Below are positions 8,774-18,172 of a stretch of 61,228 nucleotides of DNA, one piece after another (within the stretch, counting starts at the first letter, position 1; each line of letters opens with the position of its first letter). The position numbers were made by a program, and so were the translations under genes. Source of the DNA: Phycisphaerae bacterium (GTDB taxonomy: Bacteria; Planctomycetota; Phycisphaerae; Phycisphaerales; UBA1924); NCBI GenBank assembly GCA_016795005.1, contig JAEUIV010000085.1:1-61228 (forward strand). Reading direction: 5' to 3'. The notes under the pieces were generated by a model. It saw nothing but the letters and a program-made list of their open reading frames with translations, was not told the DNA's origin and did not search any database.

Positions 8774-9822
8774 ACGGCGCTCGCCCGCTCACCGGCGCGG
8801 AATGGCTTCGGCCGGATTCGCCGGAGGGCGACGTGGTGCTGTCGTCTCGGATCCGGCTGGCGAGGAACTTTGCCGGGTTCCCCTTTGTGGGGCGCGCCAA
8901 GCGTGAAGACCGTCGGCAGATTCTCCAGATCGCGCGGCGCGACATCATGCAAGGGGGACTGGCGGCGGAGGTGATGTGGGTGGACCTGAACGAGGTGTCG
9001 CCGCTGGAGCGGAGCGTTCTCGTGGAGCGGCACCTGATTTCCAAGCAGCATGCGAAGGGGGACGAGCCGCGGGCGGTGGCGATCTCGACCCCGGACGAGC
9101 GGTTGTCGATCATGGTGAACGAGGAGGACCACCTGCGCATCCAGGTGATCCGGGGCGGGTTGGACCTGAGCGGGGCCTTCAAGCAGATCGATGAGATCGA
9201 CGACAAGATCGAGGCGATGAGCGACTACGCCTTCTCGACTCGGTTCGGGTACCTGACGGCGTGTCCGACCAACGTGGGCACGGGCATCCGCGTCAGCGTG
9301 ATGCTGCACCTGCCGGGGCTGAAACTTTCGGGAGAGCTGGAAAAGGTGAAGCGGGCGGCTTCGGGGATGAGCCTCGCGGTGCGTGGGTTTTACGGCGAGG
9401 GTTCCGAGGCCGTGGGTGATTTCTTTCAACTCTCGAACCAGACGACGCTCGGGAAGAGCGAGCGCGACCTGCTGATCGAGTTCGAGCAGCAGATCGTGCC
9501 GAAGGTTGTGGAGTACGAGCGTCTGGCGCGGCGGTCGCTTGTCGAGAAGCGGCGGGTGATCCTGGAGGACCGCGTGCAACGGGCGCTCGGCACGCTCCGG
9601 CACGCCCGGCTCCTGAAGTCGGAGGAAGCGCTCGAGATGCTCAGTTTTCTGAGGCTCGGGATCACGCTCGGCATCGTCGAAGGGGTGGAACTCTCGACGG
9701 TGAACAACCTGATCCTGCTGACGCAGCCGGCGCACCTGCAACGGCTCGCCAAGCATGACATGGAGCAGTCGGAGCGGCGGATCGAGCGCGCGACGGTGGT
9801 GCGGAAGTACCTCGGCGGCTGA
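8770..9822 (+). CDS. mcsB: Protein arginine kinase McsB (ATP:guanido phosphotransferase)
   Basis: 350 aa. The N-terminus is DVVLSSRIRLARNFAGFPF. The guanidino-kinase signature is CPTNVGTGIRVSVMLHLPGL. Confidence 0.9.
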   Translation: MNGARPLTGAEWLRPDSPEGDVVLSSRIRLARNFAGFPFVGRAKREDRRQILQIARRDIMQGGLAAEVMWVDLNEVSPLERSVLVERHLISKQHAKGDEPRAVAISTPDERLSIMVNEEDHLRIQVIRGGLDLSGAFKQIDEIDDKIEAMSDYAFSTRFGYLTACPTNVGTGIRVSVMLHLPGLKLSGELEKVKRAASGMSLAVRGFYGEGSEAVGDFFQLSNQTTLGKSERDLLIEFEQQIVPKVVEYERLARRSLVEKRRVILEDRVQRALGTLRHARLLKSEEALEMLSFLRLGITLGIVEGVELSTVNNLILLTQPAHLQRLAKHDMEQSERRIERATVVRKYLGG

Positions 9823-9851
9823 TCCGGCGTTTTTTTGAGATCGGACCGGCG

Positions 9852-11123
9852 GTGGCGGAGCCGGTTTGGCTTTATGATTGGACCGTGAAGCGGCTGTACC
9901 TCGACAACGCGGCGACCAGCAGCCCGAAGCCGGATTCGGTGTGGCGGGCGATGTCGGACTATGCCATACGTCTCGGCGGCTCGCCGGGTCGGGGCGCATA
10001 CTTCGAATCGCGCGAAGCGGGACGGCTCATGGACGTTTGCCGCGAGCGGGTCCGGCAACTGATCAACGGGGAATCGTCGGAGCACGTTGTCTTCGCGCTC
10101 AACACGTCGGATGCGCTGAACCTGGCGATCAAGGGTCTGCTGCTGCCCCGGCTGGCACGGGGCGAGCGCGTCCGGGTGCTGACGACGCGGATGGAGCACA
10201 ACTCGGTGCTCCGGCCGTTGCACGCGCTGGGCCAGATGTTCGGCGGGCGCATCGGCGTCACGTACGTCGAGCCGGATCCGGTGAGCACACGGATCGATCC
10301 GGGTCAGGTCCGCGAAGCATTGCGGAATGAACCGGAGACGAGCCTGGTCGCGGTGAATCACGTCAGCAACGTCACGGGGGCCGTCCAGCCGATCGAGGCG
10401 ATCGGTCGGGTGTGCCGGGAGTTGGGCGTGCCGCTGCTCGTCGATGGAGCGCAGTCGCTGGGGCATGTGCCCGTGGACGTGCGGGCGGCGTGCATTGATC
10501 TGCTTGCATTCCCGGGGCACAAGGGGTTGCTCGGACCGACGGGCACGGGCGGCCTTTATCTTCGTCCGGGGATGGAGCGCGTGCTTGCGAGCGTCCGCGA
10601 AGGGGGAACGGGATCAAGGAGTGAACTCGCGGTGCAGCCCGATACGCTTCCCGACAAGTACGAGCCGGGATCGCAGAACGCGATCGGGATCATCGGGCTT
10701 TCAGAAGGGGTCCGTTTTCTCCAGGAGTTCCGGCATGCGGGGCTTGCGGGCGTCGAGGCGGTCGCGGCTCACGAGCGAGAACTGATCGACGTGTTCTTCG
10801 AAGGTGTCGGCGGGATGCTCGACGGTGAGGGAGTGCGTCTGCTTGGGCCGGTGCCTTCGGGAGACCGCATCGGAGTGTTCACGTTCTGGTTCGACGGCGC
10901 CGATCCGCACGCGGTCGCGGCGGTGCTTGAATCGGAGTTCGGCGTGCTGTCTCGTGCCGGGCTGCACTGCGCGCCGCTGGCGCACCGGATGCTTGCCTCG
11001 GACGATGGTCCGGGGGGCGGGCTGCGGCTCAGTTTCGGGCCTTTCCTGAGCGTGGAGGACGCCCGCGCCGCGGCGGCGGCGCTCGTCGAGGTGGCGGAAT
11101 CGTTCAGCGCGAGCCGGAAGTGA
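9852..11123 (+). CDS. Class V aminotransferase-fold PLP enzyme (cysteine desulfurase / selenocysteine lyase family)
   Basis: The N-terminus is LYLDNAATSSPKP, and the PLP-lysine context is LAFPGHKGLLGPTGTGGLY. The start is uncertain: GTG at 9852 or in-frame GTG at 9885 (VKRLYLDNAAT). Confidence 0.8.
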   Translation: MAEPVWLYDWTVKRLYLDNAATSSPKPDSVWRAMSDYAIRLGGSPGRGAYFESREAGRLMDVCRERVRQLINGESSEHVVFALNTSDALNLAIKGLLLPRLARGERVRVLTTRMEHNSVLRPLHALGQMFGGRIGVTYVEPDPVSTRIDPGQVREALRNEPETSLVAVNHVSNVTGAVQPIEAIGRVCRELGVPLLVDGAQSLGHVPVDVRAACIDLLAFPGHKGLLGPTGTGGLYLRPGMERVLASVREGGTGSRSELAVQPDTLPDKYEPGSQNAIGIIGLSEGVRFLQEFRHAGLAGVEAVAAHERELIDVFFEGVGGMLDGEGVRLLGPVPSGDRIGVFTFWFDGADPHAVAAVLESEFGVLSRAGLHCAPLAHRMLASDDGPGGGLRLSFGPFLSVEDARAAAAALVEVAESFSASRK

Positions 11124-11148
11124 ACCGACTCCCCGGCCGACGGCGTGA

Positions 11149-11628
11149 TCACATCGTCGGCGGCAGGCCGAGCGCTTTTCGGATGTTGGCGACCTGGCCG
11201 AAGTGAAAACCTTCGTGCCATGCGATCTTGAGCATCGCGTCGATCGGGTCCGCTGCGAACCCGCCTGTTTTCTCCTTCAGGTCCATGGCGAGGGCCGAGT
11301 CCGGGGCCGACTTCAGCCAGTTCAAGAGGGCGGCGCGCGACTCGACGAAGGCTTTCTTCACTTCCGAAGCCGGCGGGTTGCCGGTCGATGCCGGCTTGCT
11401 GCCCATGCCGAACGCTTTCTGAATGTTGTCGGGCACGTTGATCGGCGCGCCCACCACGCCGCCGATCCACGCGTCCGTGCCCGCGAGATGTCCCATGACC
11501 CAGAGGAGATGGTTGTCCGTCGGCGAAGGCTGATAGGTCAGGCGATCTTCCGGGAAATCCTTCATCAGATTGTCCGCGTACCAACGCGAGAACTCAAGGA
11601 ATGAAGCGGCTTGCTGGCGCGGTGTCAT
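11149..11628 (-). CDS. DinB-fold family protein
   Basis: It has DinB-like four-helix-bundle motifs (LLWVMGHLAG ... WHEGFHFGQV). ATG at 11628 is preceded by AGGAAA 5 nt upstream, so it is preferred over the longer 11673 start. Confidence 0.75.
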   Translation of the reverse strand: MTPRQQAASFLEFSRWYADNLMKDFPEDRLTYQPSPTDNHLLWVMGHLAGTDAWIGGVVGAPINVPDNIQKAFGMGSKPASTGNPPASEVKKAFVESRAALLNWLKSAPDSALAMDLKEKTGGFAADPIDAMLKIAWHEGFHFGQVANIRKALGLPPTM

Positions 11629-11766
11629 ACGATTTCCTGTGGTTTGGGGCGATCGGCCGGCGGCGAGCGGCACGGTTCCGGCGTCGTCGGGGCACCGATG
11701 CTAGCGAGTCGGCGGTGAGGGCAAACCCGGCCGACGAACTCGTGGTGACTGTTTACACTTTGGTGC

Positions 11767-12450
11767 ATGTCGCCGCGGATCCTTCCAACTCGAGAGGGCT
11801 ACGACCAGTGGGCCTCGGTGTACGACACCGACGGGAATCCGCTGATCGCGCTCGAAGAGCCGCGCGTCGCGGAGCTCCTGGGAGAGGTACGCGGACTGTC
11901 GATCTGCGATGTCGGGTGCGGAACGGGGCGGCACGCGATCGCGCTCGCGGGTCGGGGCGCGCGCGTGACGGCGATCGATTTTTCGGAGGGCATGCTCGCG
12001 CAGGCCCGATCGAAACCGGGGGCGGAACGGGTTAACTTTGTTCACCACGACATCGCGGCGCGGCTGCCCCTCGCCGATGCGTCGTTCGAGCGCGTGATCT
12101 GCTGCCTGGTGGTGGATCATGTGCGCGACCTTGATCACCTGTTCGCCGAGATGACCCGGGTGTGCGTGCCGGGCGGTCGGGTGATTGTCTCTTCGATGCA
12201 TCCCGCGATGATGCTCCAGGGGGTGCAGGCGCGCTTCAACGATCCGGTCACGGGTGAGAAGGTCTACCCCGAGAGCGTGCCGAACCAACTGAGCGATTAC
12301 GTGATGGCCGCGATTCGCGCCGGGCTGGAGATCGATCACCTCTCGGAGCACATGATCGACGAGTCCATTGTCCGGTTGTCGCCGCGCGCGGCGCCGTACG
12401 TTGGATGGCCGATGCTGCTCATGATGCGGATGAGGCCCGGGAGAGGCTGA
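11767..12450 (+). CDS. Class I SAM-dependent methyltransferase
   Basis: Motif I is ICDVGCGTGRHAIALAGRG, followed by VTAIDFSEGML and later LVVDHV. Confidence 0.85.
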   Translation: MSPRILPTREGYDQWASVYDTDGNPLIALEEPRVAELLGEVRGLSICDVGCGTGRHAIALAGRGARVTAIDFSEGMLAQARSKPGAERVNFVHHDIAARLPLADASFERVICCLVVDHVRDLDHLFAEMTRVCVPGGRVIVSSMHPAMMLQGVQARFNDPVTGEKVYPESVPNQLSDYVMAAIRAGLEIDHLSEHMIDESIVRLSPRAAPYVGWPMLLMMRMRPGRG

Positions 12451-12535
12451 ACCGGGGCACGTGGCGGGAGGCGCGGGCCGTGCGCAACCCGCTACACTTC
12501 GGAATCCTCCGGCACTCATTTTTTTGGAGCCTTTC

Positions 12536-13729
12536 ATGTCCTCATCCACGTCCCCCGTCATCCTCTCGGCGAAGCGCACCCCCATCGGCAAGTTCTTCGG
12601 CGGTCTGTCGAAGGTTCCGTCGCCTGTTCTCGGTTCCTACGCCATCAAGGCCGCGCTGGATGAGGTCGGCGGCGCGGCGAAGGCCGGCGCCCAGGTGGAC
12701 GAGTGCATCATGGGCTGCGTGCTCCAGGCGGGCCTGGGCCAGAACCCCGCGCGTCAGGCGGGGCTGAAGGCGGGCCTGCCCGATACGCTCAGCGCCCAGA
12801 CGATCAACAAGGTGTGCGGCTCGGGCTTGCAGGCGGTGATGCTGGCGGCGCAGTCCATCAAGTCGGGGGACAATCAACTTGTGGTCGCGGGCGGGTTCGA
12901 GAACATGACCGCGGCGCCGCACTTTGCCAAACTGCGCGACGGCGTGAAGTTCGGCCCCGCGACGTTCGAGGATCACATGCAGTTCGACGGCCTTCGCTGC
13001 GCGTTTGAGTGCTGGGGGATGGTCAACGGCGCGGACTACATCGCGCAGAAGCACGAAATCAGCCGGACGGAGCAGGATCGGTTCAGCGCCCAGTCCCACC
13101 AGCGCGCCGCCGCGGCGACCAAGAGCGGATTCTTCAAGAATGAGATCGTCGCGCTCACCGGCGAGCAGTGCATGGACAAGAAGTCCCCCGGTGTGAGCGC
13201 GGATGAGGGCATCCGAGCCGAGAGCACCGCGGAGGGTCTGGCGGCGCTCCGCCCGGTGAACAAGGATGGGACGGTGACGGCGGCGAACGCTTCGCAGATT
13301 TCCGACGGCGGGGCGGCGGTGATCGTGGCGTCGGCCGCGAAAGCGGAGCAACTGGGGATCAAGCCGATCGCGCGGATCGTCGCGTATCACACCAGCGGTC
13401 TGGCGCCGAAGGACATCTTCCGAGCGCCGGCGCTCGCGATCCCCGCGTTGCTCCAGAAGGCGGGGCTTTCGATCAAGGACATCGACCTGTTCGAGATCAA
13501 CGAGGCGTTTGCCGCGCAGGTGCTCCAGAACATCAAGGAGATCGGAATCGGCGAGGACCGGCTGAATATCTGCGGCGGCGGCGTCGCCCTCGGCCACCCC
13601 ATCGGCGCGAGCGGCGCCCGCGTGCTGACGACGCTCATCCACCAGTTGATCCGGACGGGGGGCAAGCGCGGCGTGGCGGCGCTCTGCCTGGGCGGGGGAA
13701 ACTCTGTCGCGATGATCGTGGAGCGGTGA
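12536..13729 (+). CDS. Acetyl-CoA C-acetyltransferase (thiolase II)
   Basis: Thiolase signatures are NKVCGSGLQAV (acyl-Cys), GGGVALGHPIGASGAR and ALCLGGGNSVAM. ATG at 12536 (MSSSTSPVILSAKRTPIGKF) is preferred to the upstream 12461 start. Confidence 0.9.
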   Translation: MSSSTSPVILSAKRTPIGKFFGGLSKVPSPVLGSYAIKAALDEVGGAAKAGAQVDECIMGCVLQAGLGQNPARQAGLKAGLPDTLSAQTINKVCGSGLQAVMLAAQSIKSGDNQLVVAGGFENMTAAPHFAKLRDGVKFGPATFEDHMQFDGLRCAFECWGMVNGADYIAQKHEISRTEQDRFSAQSHQRAAAATKSGFFKNEIVALTGEQCMDKKSPGVSADEGIRAESTAEGLAALRPVNKDGTVTAANASQISDGGAAVIVASAAKAEQLGIKPIARIVAYHTSGLAPKDIFRAPALAIPALLQKAGLSIKDIDLFEINEAFAAQVLQNIKEIGIGEDRLNICGGGVALGHPIGASGARVLTTLIHQLIRTGGKRGVAALCLGGGNSVAMIVER

Positions 13730-13746
13730 GCCGGGCCACGTGCGCG

Positions 13747-14265
13747 TCACACCCCCAATCCTCGCCTCAGTTCCGCGATGCGCGCCATGTGATAATCGTC
13801 GTGCTCGCAGACGAAGCAGACGGCGTCGATGAGCCGCATGGGCATTTTCAGGCGCGGGTGGACCGAGACCCGTGCGAAGTCGGATTCCGAGAGAACTTCG
13901 AGTCGGGCGCACTGCGCGAATCTCGCGGCGCGGAGATCGGCGAGCACGAGAGCGATCTCCCGGGCGTTGTAGTTCGCCTGGGTCGTCGCGAGGTTCTGCA
14001 TGTCGGCGGGGCGGAGTTCGGGTTTGCCCGCGGCGAAGTCGTCGAGGCGGCCGTCGAAGAGGGATTCGAGGGCGAGCAGGTGGCCGATGTTTTCCTGGAT
14101 GGACCAGCCTCGGCCGTCGGAGCGTGTGAGTTGATCGCGCGTGAGGCCGCGTGCGCGTTCCTCGATGCGCGCGGGGAGTCCCCTGAAGCGCTCGACGATG
14201 TCGGGATGCTTGGTGACCGGGAAGTCGAAGGTGAACCGGCGTTCGATCCAGGGCCACTTTGCCAT
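13747..14265 (-). CDS. DinB-fold family protein
   Basis: 172 aa with a DinB-like His pattern (ENIGHLLALE ... CEHDDYHMARIAELRR). Confidence 0.75.
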   Translation of the reverse strand: MAKWPWIERRFTFDFPVTKHPDIVERFRGLPARIEERARGLTRDQLTRSDGRGWSIQENIGHLLALESLFDGRLDDFAAGKPELRPADMQNLATTQANYNAREIALVLADLRAARFAQCARLEVLSESDFARVSVHPRLKMPMRLIDAVCFVCEHDDYHMARIAELRRGLGV

Positions 14266-14442
14266 GCTGTTCGGTCTCGCTTTCCGGCGTTACCGCCGGG
14301 ATGGAGTGTATGAGGTCGGCGATTCGATCACGTCCGAACGGGCCTTGCGCCGTGCCGCGTCTCTCCAGGCGACCGCGGAGGGACGGCGCATGATCGGCAT
14401 TCGCTATCCTGTCCGCCCCGTTTTTCTGAAAGGCAACACCCG

Positions 14443-16035
14443 ATGGCGATCTCTTCCTCTCCGAACTTTGTGAATCTCCCCCGCCACTCGAACCAGGCGC
14501 TGGGGATCGGGCAGTACGCGATCGACTTCATTTCCGGGAAGATCGGCAAGCCGGACGTCGCGGTGCTGGAGCGCACCGAACTGTTCCACGCCGACGCGGT
14601 GATCTGCGGGCTTTCGGCGCTGGCGTGCCGGACGAACTCGCCGACGATTCTCCGGGCCGAAGCGCTGGAGTACGGCGTCGCGCGGCCGGACCAGGGGGCG
14701 TGTGTGTTCGGTTCGGCGCAGCGCGTGCAGCCGGAGAAAGCGGTGCTGGCGAACGGGGCGGCGGTGCGCGAGTGGGACTCGAACGGCACCAACTTCGGGT
14801 ACAACCCGACGCTCGGGCACACGGCGGGCGAGTTCGGGCACAACGACTTCTATGGTGTGGCGGTGGCGGCGTGCCAGCAGCGCGGGCTGGATGGAAAGAC
14901 GGCGGTGCGGGCGATGCTGTGCCTGGACGAGATCCGCGGGCGGCTGGCCGAGGTGTTCAGCCTGAAGACGTTCAAGATCGACCACGTGGTTCACGGCGCG
15001 ATCGCATCCGCGGCGGTGTACGGCGCGCTGATGGGGGCCACGGCGGCGCAGATCGAGAGCGCGATCGGGATGGTCGTGGCGCACTACATCCCGTGGCGAG
15101 CGATCCGCGCGGGGAAGCAACTGTCGGATTCAAAGGGGGCGAGCGCGGCGATCAGCACCGAGGTGGCCGTGCTGAGCATGAAGCGGGCGCTGCGCGGGTT
15201 TGTCGGGCCGAAGGACATCTTCCGCAACCCGGAGAGCCTGTTCCGGCAGTTCATGAAGACGAACGGGGACAGCCCCTTTGACCTGGCGCTGGCGCACTCC
15301 GGCGGCGATTGGGCGGTGATGGGGATGCACTTCAAACTCGGGCTGTACGAGCATCAATCGGCGGGGGCGCTGCAGGGACTCATCAACCTGATCAACGACA
15401 ATCCCGGGCTGCTCGCGGGGGGAGGATCGAAGATCAAGGGGATCAGGATCAAGGCGTACGAGCCGGCGTTCGGGATCATCGGCGATCCGGCCAAGCGCGA
15501 TCCGCATACTCGGCAGTCGGCCGATCACTCGATGGTCTATATCGTGAGCACCATGCTGCGCAAGGCGGTCGAGGCGGCGGCGGCGGGATCGTTCAAGCCC
15601 GACACGATGGCGTCGCACGACGGCGTGTGGAAGCAACTGATGCTCTCGCCGTTTGATTATGACGGCAAGGCGATCGCGCACACACTGACGCGCTCACTCA
15701 TGGCAAAGGTCTCCTTCGAGCACGGCGGAGCGGAATATGACGCGAAGTACCCGGACGGCATCCCGACCTCGCTGGTCATCACCGACGATGCGGGCAAGTC
15801 CTATGACAGCACGATGGTCATGTACCCCGCGGGGCATGCACGGAACACCACCGCGGACCTGAAGGGGATCCTTCAGCACAAGTTCCGGCTGCTCGGCGCG
15901 CTCGGCGTCGGGGAGGGGGCGGTGGATGGGCTGGTGGCGAAGCTGAGCGGGCTGGAGAAGAAGGGCGCGGCCGAGGTCGCGGCGCTGTACGACGTGGCGA
16001 TCAAGGAGCGTGCGGACTTCGTGGATGCCGCGTGA
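14443..16035 (+). CDS. MmgE/PrpD family protein (2-methylcitrate dehydratase-like)
   Basis: 530 aa. Length and overall pattern fit MmgE/PrpD, and a methylisocitrate lyase gene follows immediately. Confidence 0.8.
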   Translation: MAISSSPNFVNLPRHSNQALGIGQYAIDFISGKIGKPDVAVLERTELFHADAVICGLSALACRTNSPTILRAEALEYGVARPDQGACVFGSAQRVQPEKAVLANGAAVREWDSNGTNFGYNPTLGHTAGEFGHNDFYGVAVAACQQRGLDGKTAVRAMLCLDEIRGRLAEVFSLKTFKIDHVVHGAIASAAVYGALMGATAAQIESAIGMVVAHYIPWRAIRAGKQLSDSKGASAAISTEVAVLSMKRALRGFVGPKDIFRNPESLFRQFMKTNGDSPFDLALAHSGGDWAVMGMHFKLGLYEHQSAGALQGLINLINDNPGLLAGGGSKIKGIRIKAYEPAFGIIGDPAKRDPHTRQSADHSMVYIVSTMLRKAVEAAAAGSFKPDTMASHDGVWKQLMLSPFDYDGKAIAHTLTRSLMAKVSFEHGGAEYDAKYPDGIPTSLVITDDAGKSYDSTMVMYPAGHARNTTADLKGILQHKFRLLGALGVGEGAVDGLVAKLSGLEKKGAAEVAALYDVAIKERADFVDAA

Positions 16036-16066
16036 GGATGACAAGGGGCGCGGATACCATGCGGTC

Positions 16067-16957
16067 ATGAGCATCCACCGTCACCCCGGTTCCCGGCTTC
16101 GAGAGGCGATGTCCAATCGCTGCGTGGGTCTGCCCGGCGCGTTTAATGGGCTGGTGGCGAAGGCCGTGGCGCAGGCGGGGTTTGAGGGGTGCTATGTCTC
16201 CGGGGCGGCGGTGAGCGCGGCGTTCGGTGTGCCGGACGTCGGGATGGTGTCGCTGACGGAGTTCTGCGGCGTGATCGAGCAGGTGGCGCGGGCGAGCGGT
16301 CTGCCGGTGATTGCGGACGCGGACACGGGCTTCGGCGAGAGCGAAATGGTGATGCGGACGGTGAGCGAGTATCACCGCGCGGGAGCGGCGGGGCTGCACC
16401 TGGAGGACCAGGTGTTCCCGAAGCGGTGCGGGCACCTGGACGGAAAGAAACTGGTGCCGGTGGACCACATGGTCGAGAAGATCGCGGCGGCGGCCCGGGC
16501 ACGGGACACCTGCAGCAACGGGGCGTTCATCGTGTGCGCGCGAACCGATGCGCGCGGAGTGGACGGGATGCCCGCGGCGATCGACCGGGCGAAGGCGTAC
16601 ATCGACGCCGGGGCGGACATGATCTTCCCGGAGGGGCTGGCGAGCGAAGCGGAGTTCGGCGAGATGGCCCGGGCCGTCAAGTCGCACGTCGCGGGGGCGT
16701 TCCTGCTCGCGAACATGACCGAGTTCGGGAAGACGCCGATCATCCCGCTGAGACGATTCGAGGAACTCGGGTATTCGTGCGTGATCTGGCCTGTCACGAC
16801 GTTCCGTGCGGCGATGGGCGAGGTGCAGCGGGTCCTCGCGGACCTGAAGCGCGACGGCGACGTGAACGCGTTCATCGGGCGGGTGCAGACACGGCAAGCG
16901 CTGTACGCGCTGCTGGGGTACGAGCCGGGGAAGGAATGGGAGTGGCCCGGCGCCTGA
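16067..16957 (+). CDS. prpB: Methylisocitrate lyase (isocitrate lyase/PEP mutase family)
   Basis: The family signature is FPKRCGHLDGK, together with ADADTGFG and ARTDA. ATG at 16067 avoids overlap with the upstream gene. The ORF-track start at 16010 would overlap it by 26 nt. Confidence 0.85.
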   Translation: MSIHRHPGSRLREAMSNRCVGLPGAFNGLVAKAVAQAGFEGCYVSGAAVSAAFGVPDVGMVSLTEFCGVIEQVARASGLPVIADADTGFGESEMVMRTVSEYHRAGAAGLHLEDQVFPKRCGHLDGKKLVPVDHMVEKIAAAARARDTCSNGAFIVCARTDARGVDGMPAAIDRAKAYIDAGADMIFPEGLASEAEFGEMARAVKSHVAGAFLLANMTEFGKTPIIPLRRFEELGYSCVIWPVTTFRAAMGEVQRVLADLKRDGDVNAFIGRVQTRQALYALLGYEPGKEWEWPGA

Positions 16958-17321
16958 GGCGCTCTCGCCGGCGTTGAATGCCGTCTGAAAATGATCCAAA
17001 GCGTCGTCTGTTTTCAAAACCGGCGCGCGGATCCGAGATTTCGTGAAATCAAAATTCATCGTGAATTGCAGCAAGAAATGACATTCGCGCGGCAAGTCAT
17101 GGTGTCGAGCAGGTCGGCACGCGGAGCACACGACACGCGACCGCGGCACGCCTGAGCGACACGCCGGATGAACCCCCGGCGTGAGACGACTGACTCATCT
17201 CTCCTCCCAGCGCTCTCTTGCGGGGCACCGCCTCGGGCGCTTTCACCTCGGACACGCAGCGTGCGTAGCCGGGTACACACGCGGAACGATCCGCGAACGA
17301 CTGAATGAAATGGAGCCTGTC

Positions 17322-18077
17322 ATGAACCGCAGCACGAAGATCGCACTCGCCTCGATGATCGGCCTGGCCGGCCTCGCGTCGCCCGCCCTGGCCGTCAACT
17401 ATTCCCTCAACTGGCTCGACCACTCGCCGGTCGCGTTCGGGAGCACGGTCCCGAACAACTCGAACTACTTCCTCCCCGGCGTTGGGAACGTGAACATCTC
17501 CTACAACATCCCCGTGACGTTCAACCAGGCGCGGTTCCAGAACCCGCTGCTCTCCAACGGGAACGTGACCTCCGGCGCGGACAACTACGCGTGGACCAGC
17601 CACGAGATGTTCGCGGCGACTTCGTTCGCTCCGACTCCGCCGCTGACGGCCTCCTGGGACATCACCTACACGTTCCCCGGCGTTCAGGCGCCCGGCACGA
17701 TCATCCTCGGCGTCGCGGGGCTGGGACAGACCACTTCCTTCGGCGGCGGCGTGACCACCGCGACCGTGTTCCAGAACGGTCAATCGCTCGGCGACTGGGT
17801 CAGCGGGGGCGGGTACGGCGCCACGCAGTTCACGGGCGGGGCGGGCGTCTTCTCCATGCAGAACACGCAGAACGGGCCGGGCGGGCAGGACCCGTGGTGG
17901 AACACCGAACTGCACCTCGTGAAGATCATGGACCCGGTCTCGTCGCTCACCGTTCACTTCTCGCAGCTCTCGGGCGACGGCGTGGGGCTGAACATCGCCT
18001 CGATCGTGCCGACTCCCGGCGCGGCGGCGCTCGCCGGACTGGCCGGGCTGGTGTCACTCCGCCGGCGTCGGCGCTGA
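17322..18077 (+). CDS. Secreted protein with PEP-CTERM-variant sorting tail
   Basis: GGAG lies 6 nt upstream of ATG 17322. The signal peptide is MNRSTKIALASMIGLAGLASPALA. The C-terminus is IVPTPGAAALAGLAGLVSLRRRRR (Pro motif, TM helix, Arg cluster). Confidence 0.7.
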   Translation: MNRSTKIALASMIGLAGLASPALAVNYSLNWLDHSPVAFGSTVPNNSNYFLPGVGNVNISYNIPVTFNQARFQNPLLSNGNVTSGADNYAWTSHEMFAATSFAPTPPLTASWDITYTFPGVQAPGTIILGVAGLGQTTSFGGGVTTATVFQNGQSLGDWVSGGGYGATQFTGGAGVFSMQNTQNGPGGQDPWWNTELHLVKIMDPVSSLTVHFSQLSGDGVGLNIASIVPTPGAAALAGLAGLVSLRRRRR

Positions 18078-18172
18078 GCCGCTCGAAATCGCCTTCTGCT
18101 TCCACCGCTCCTGGGTGTGTCGCCCAGGGGCCATCGAATACCCACGGATTGAAGACTTGAAAGGACCCGAAC

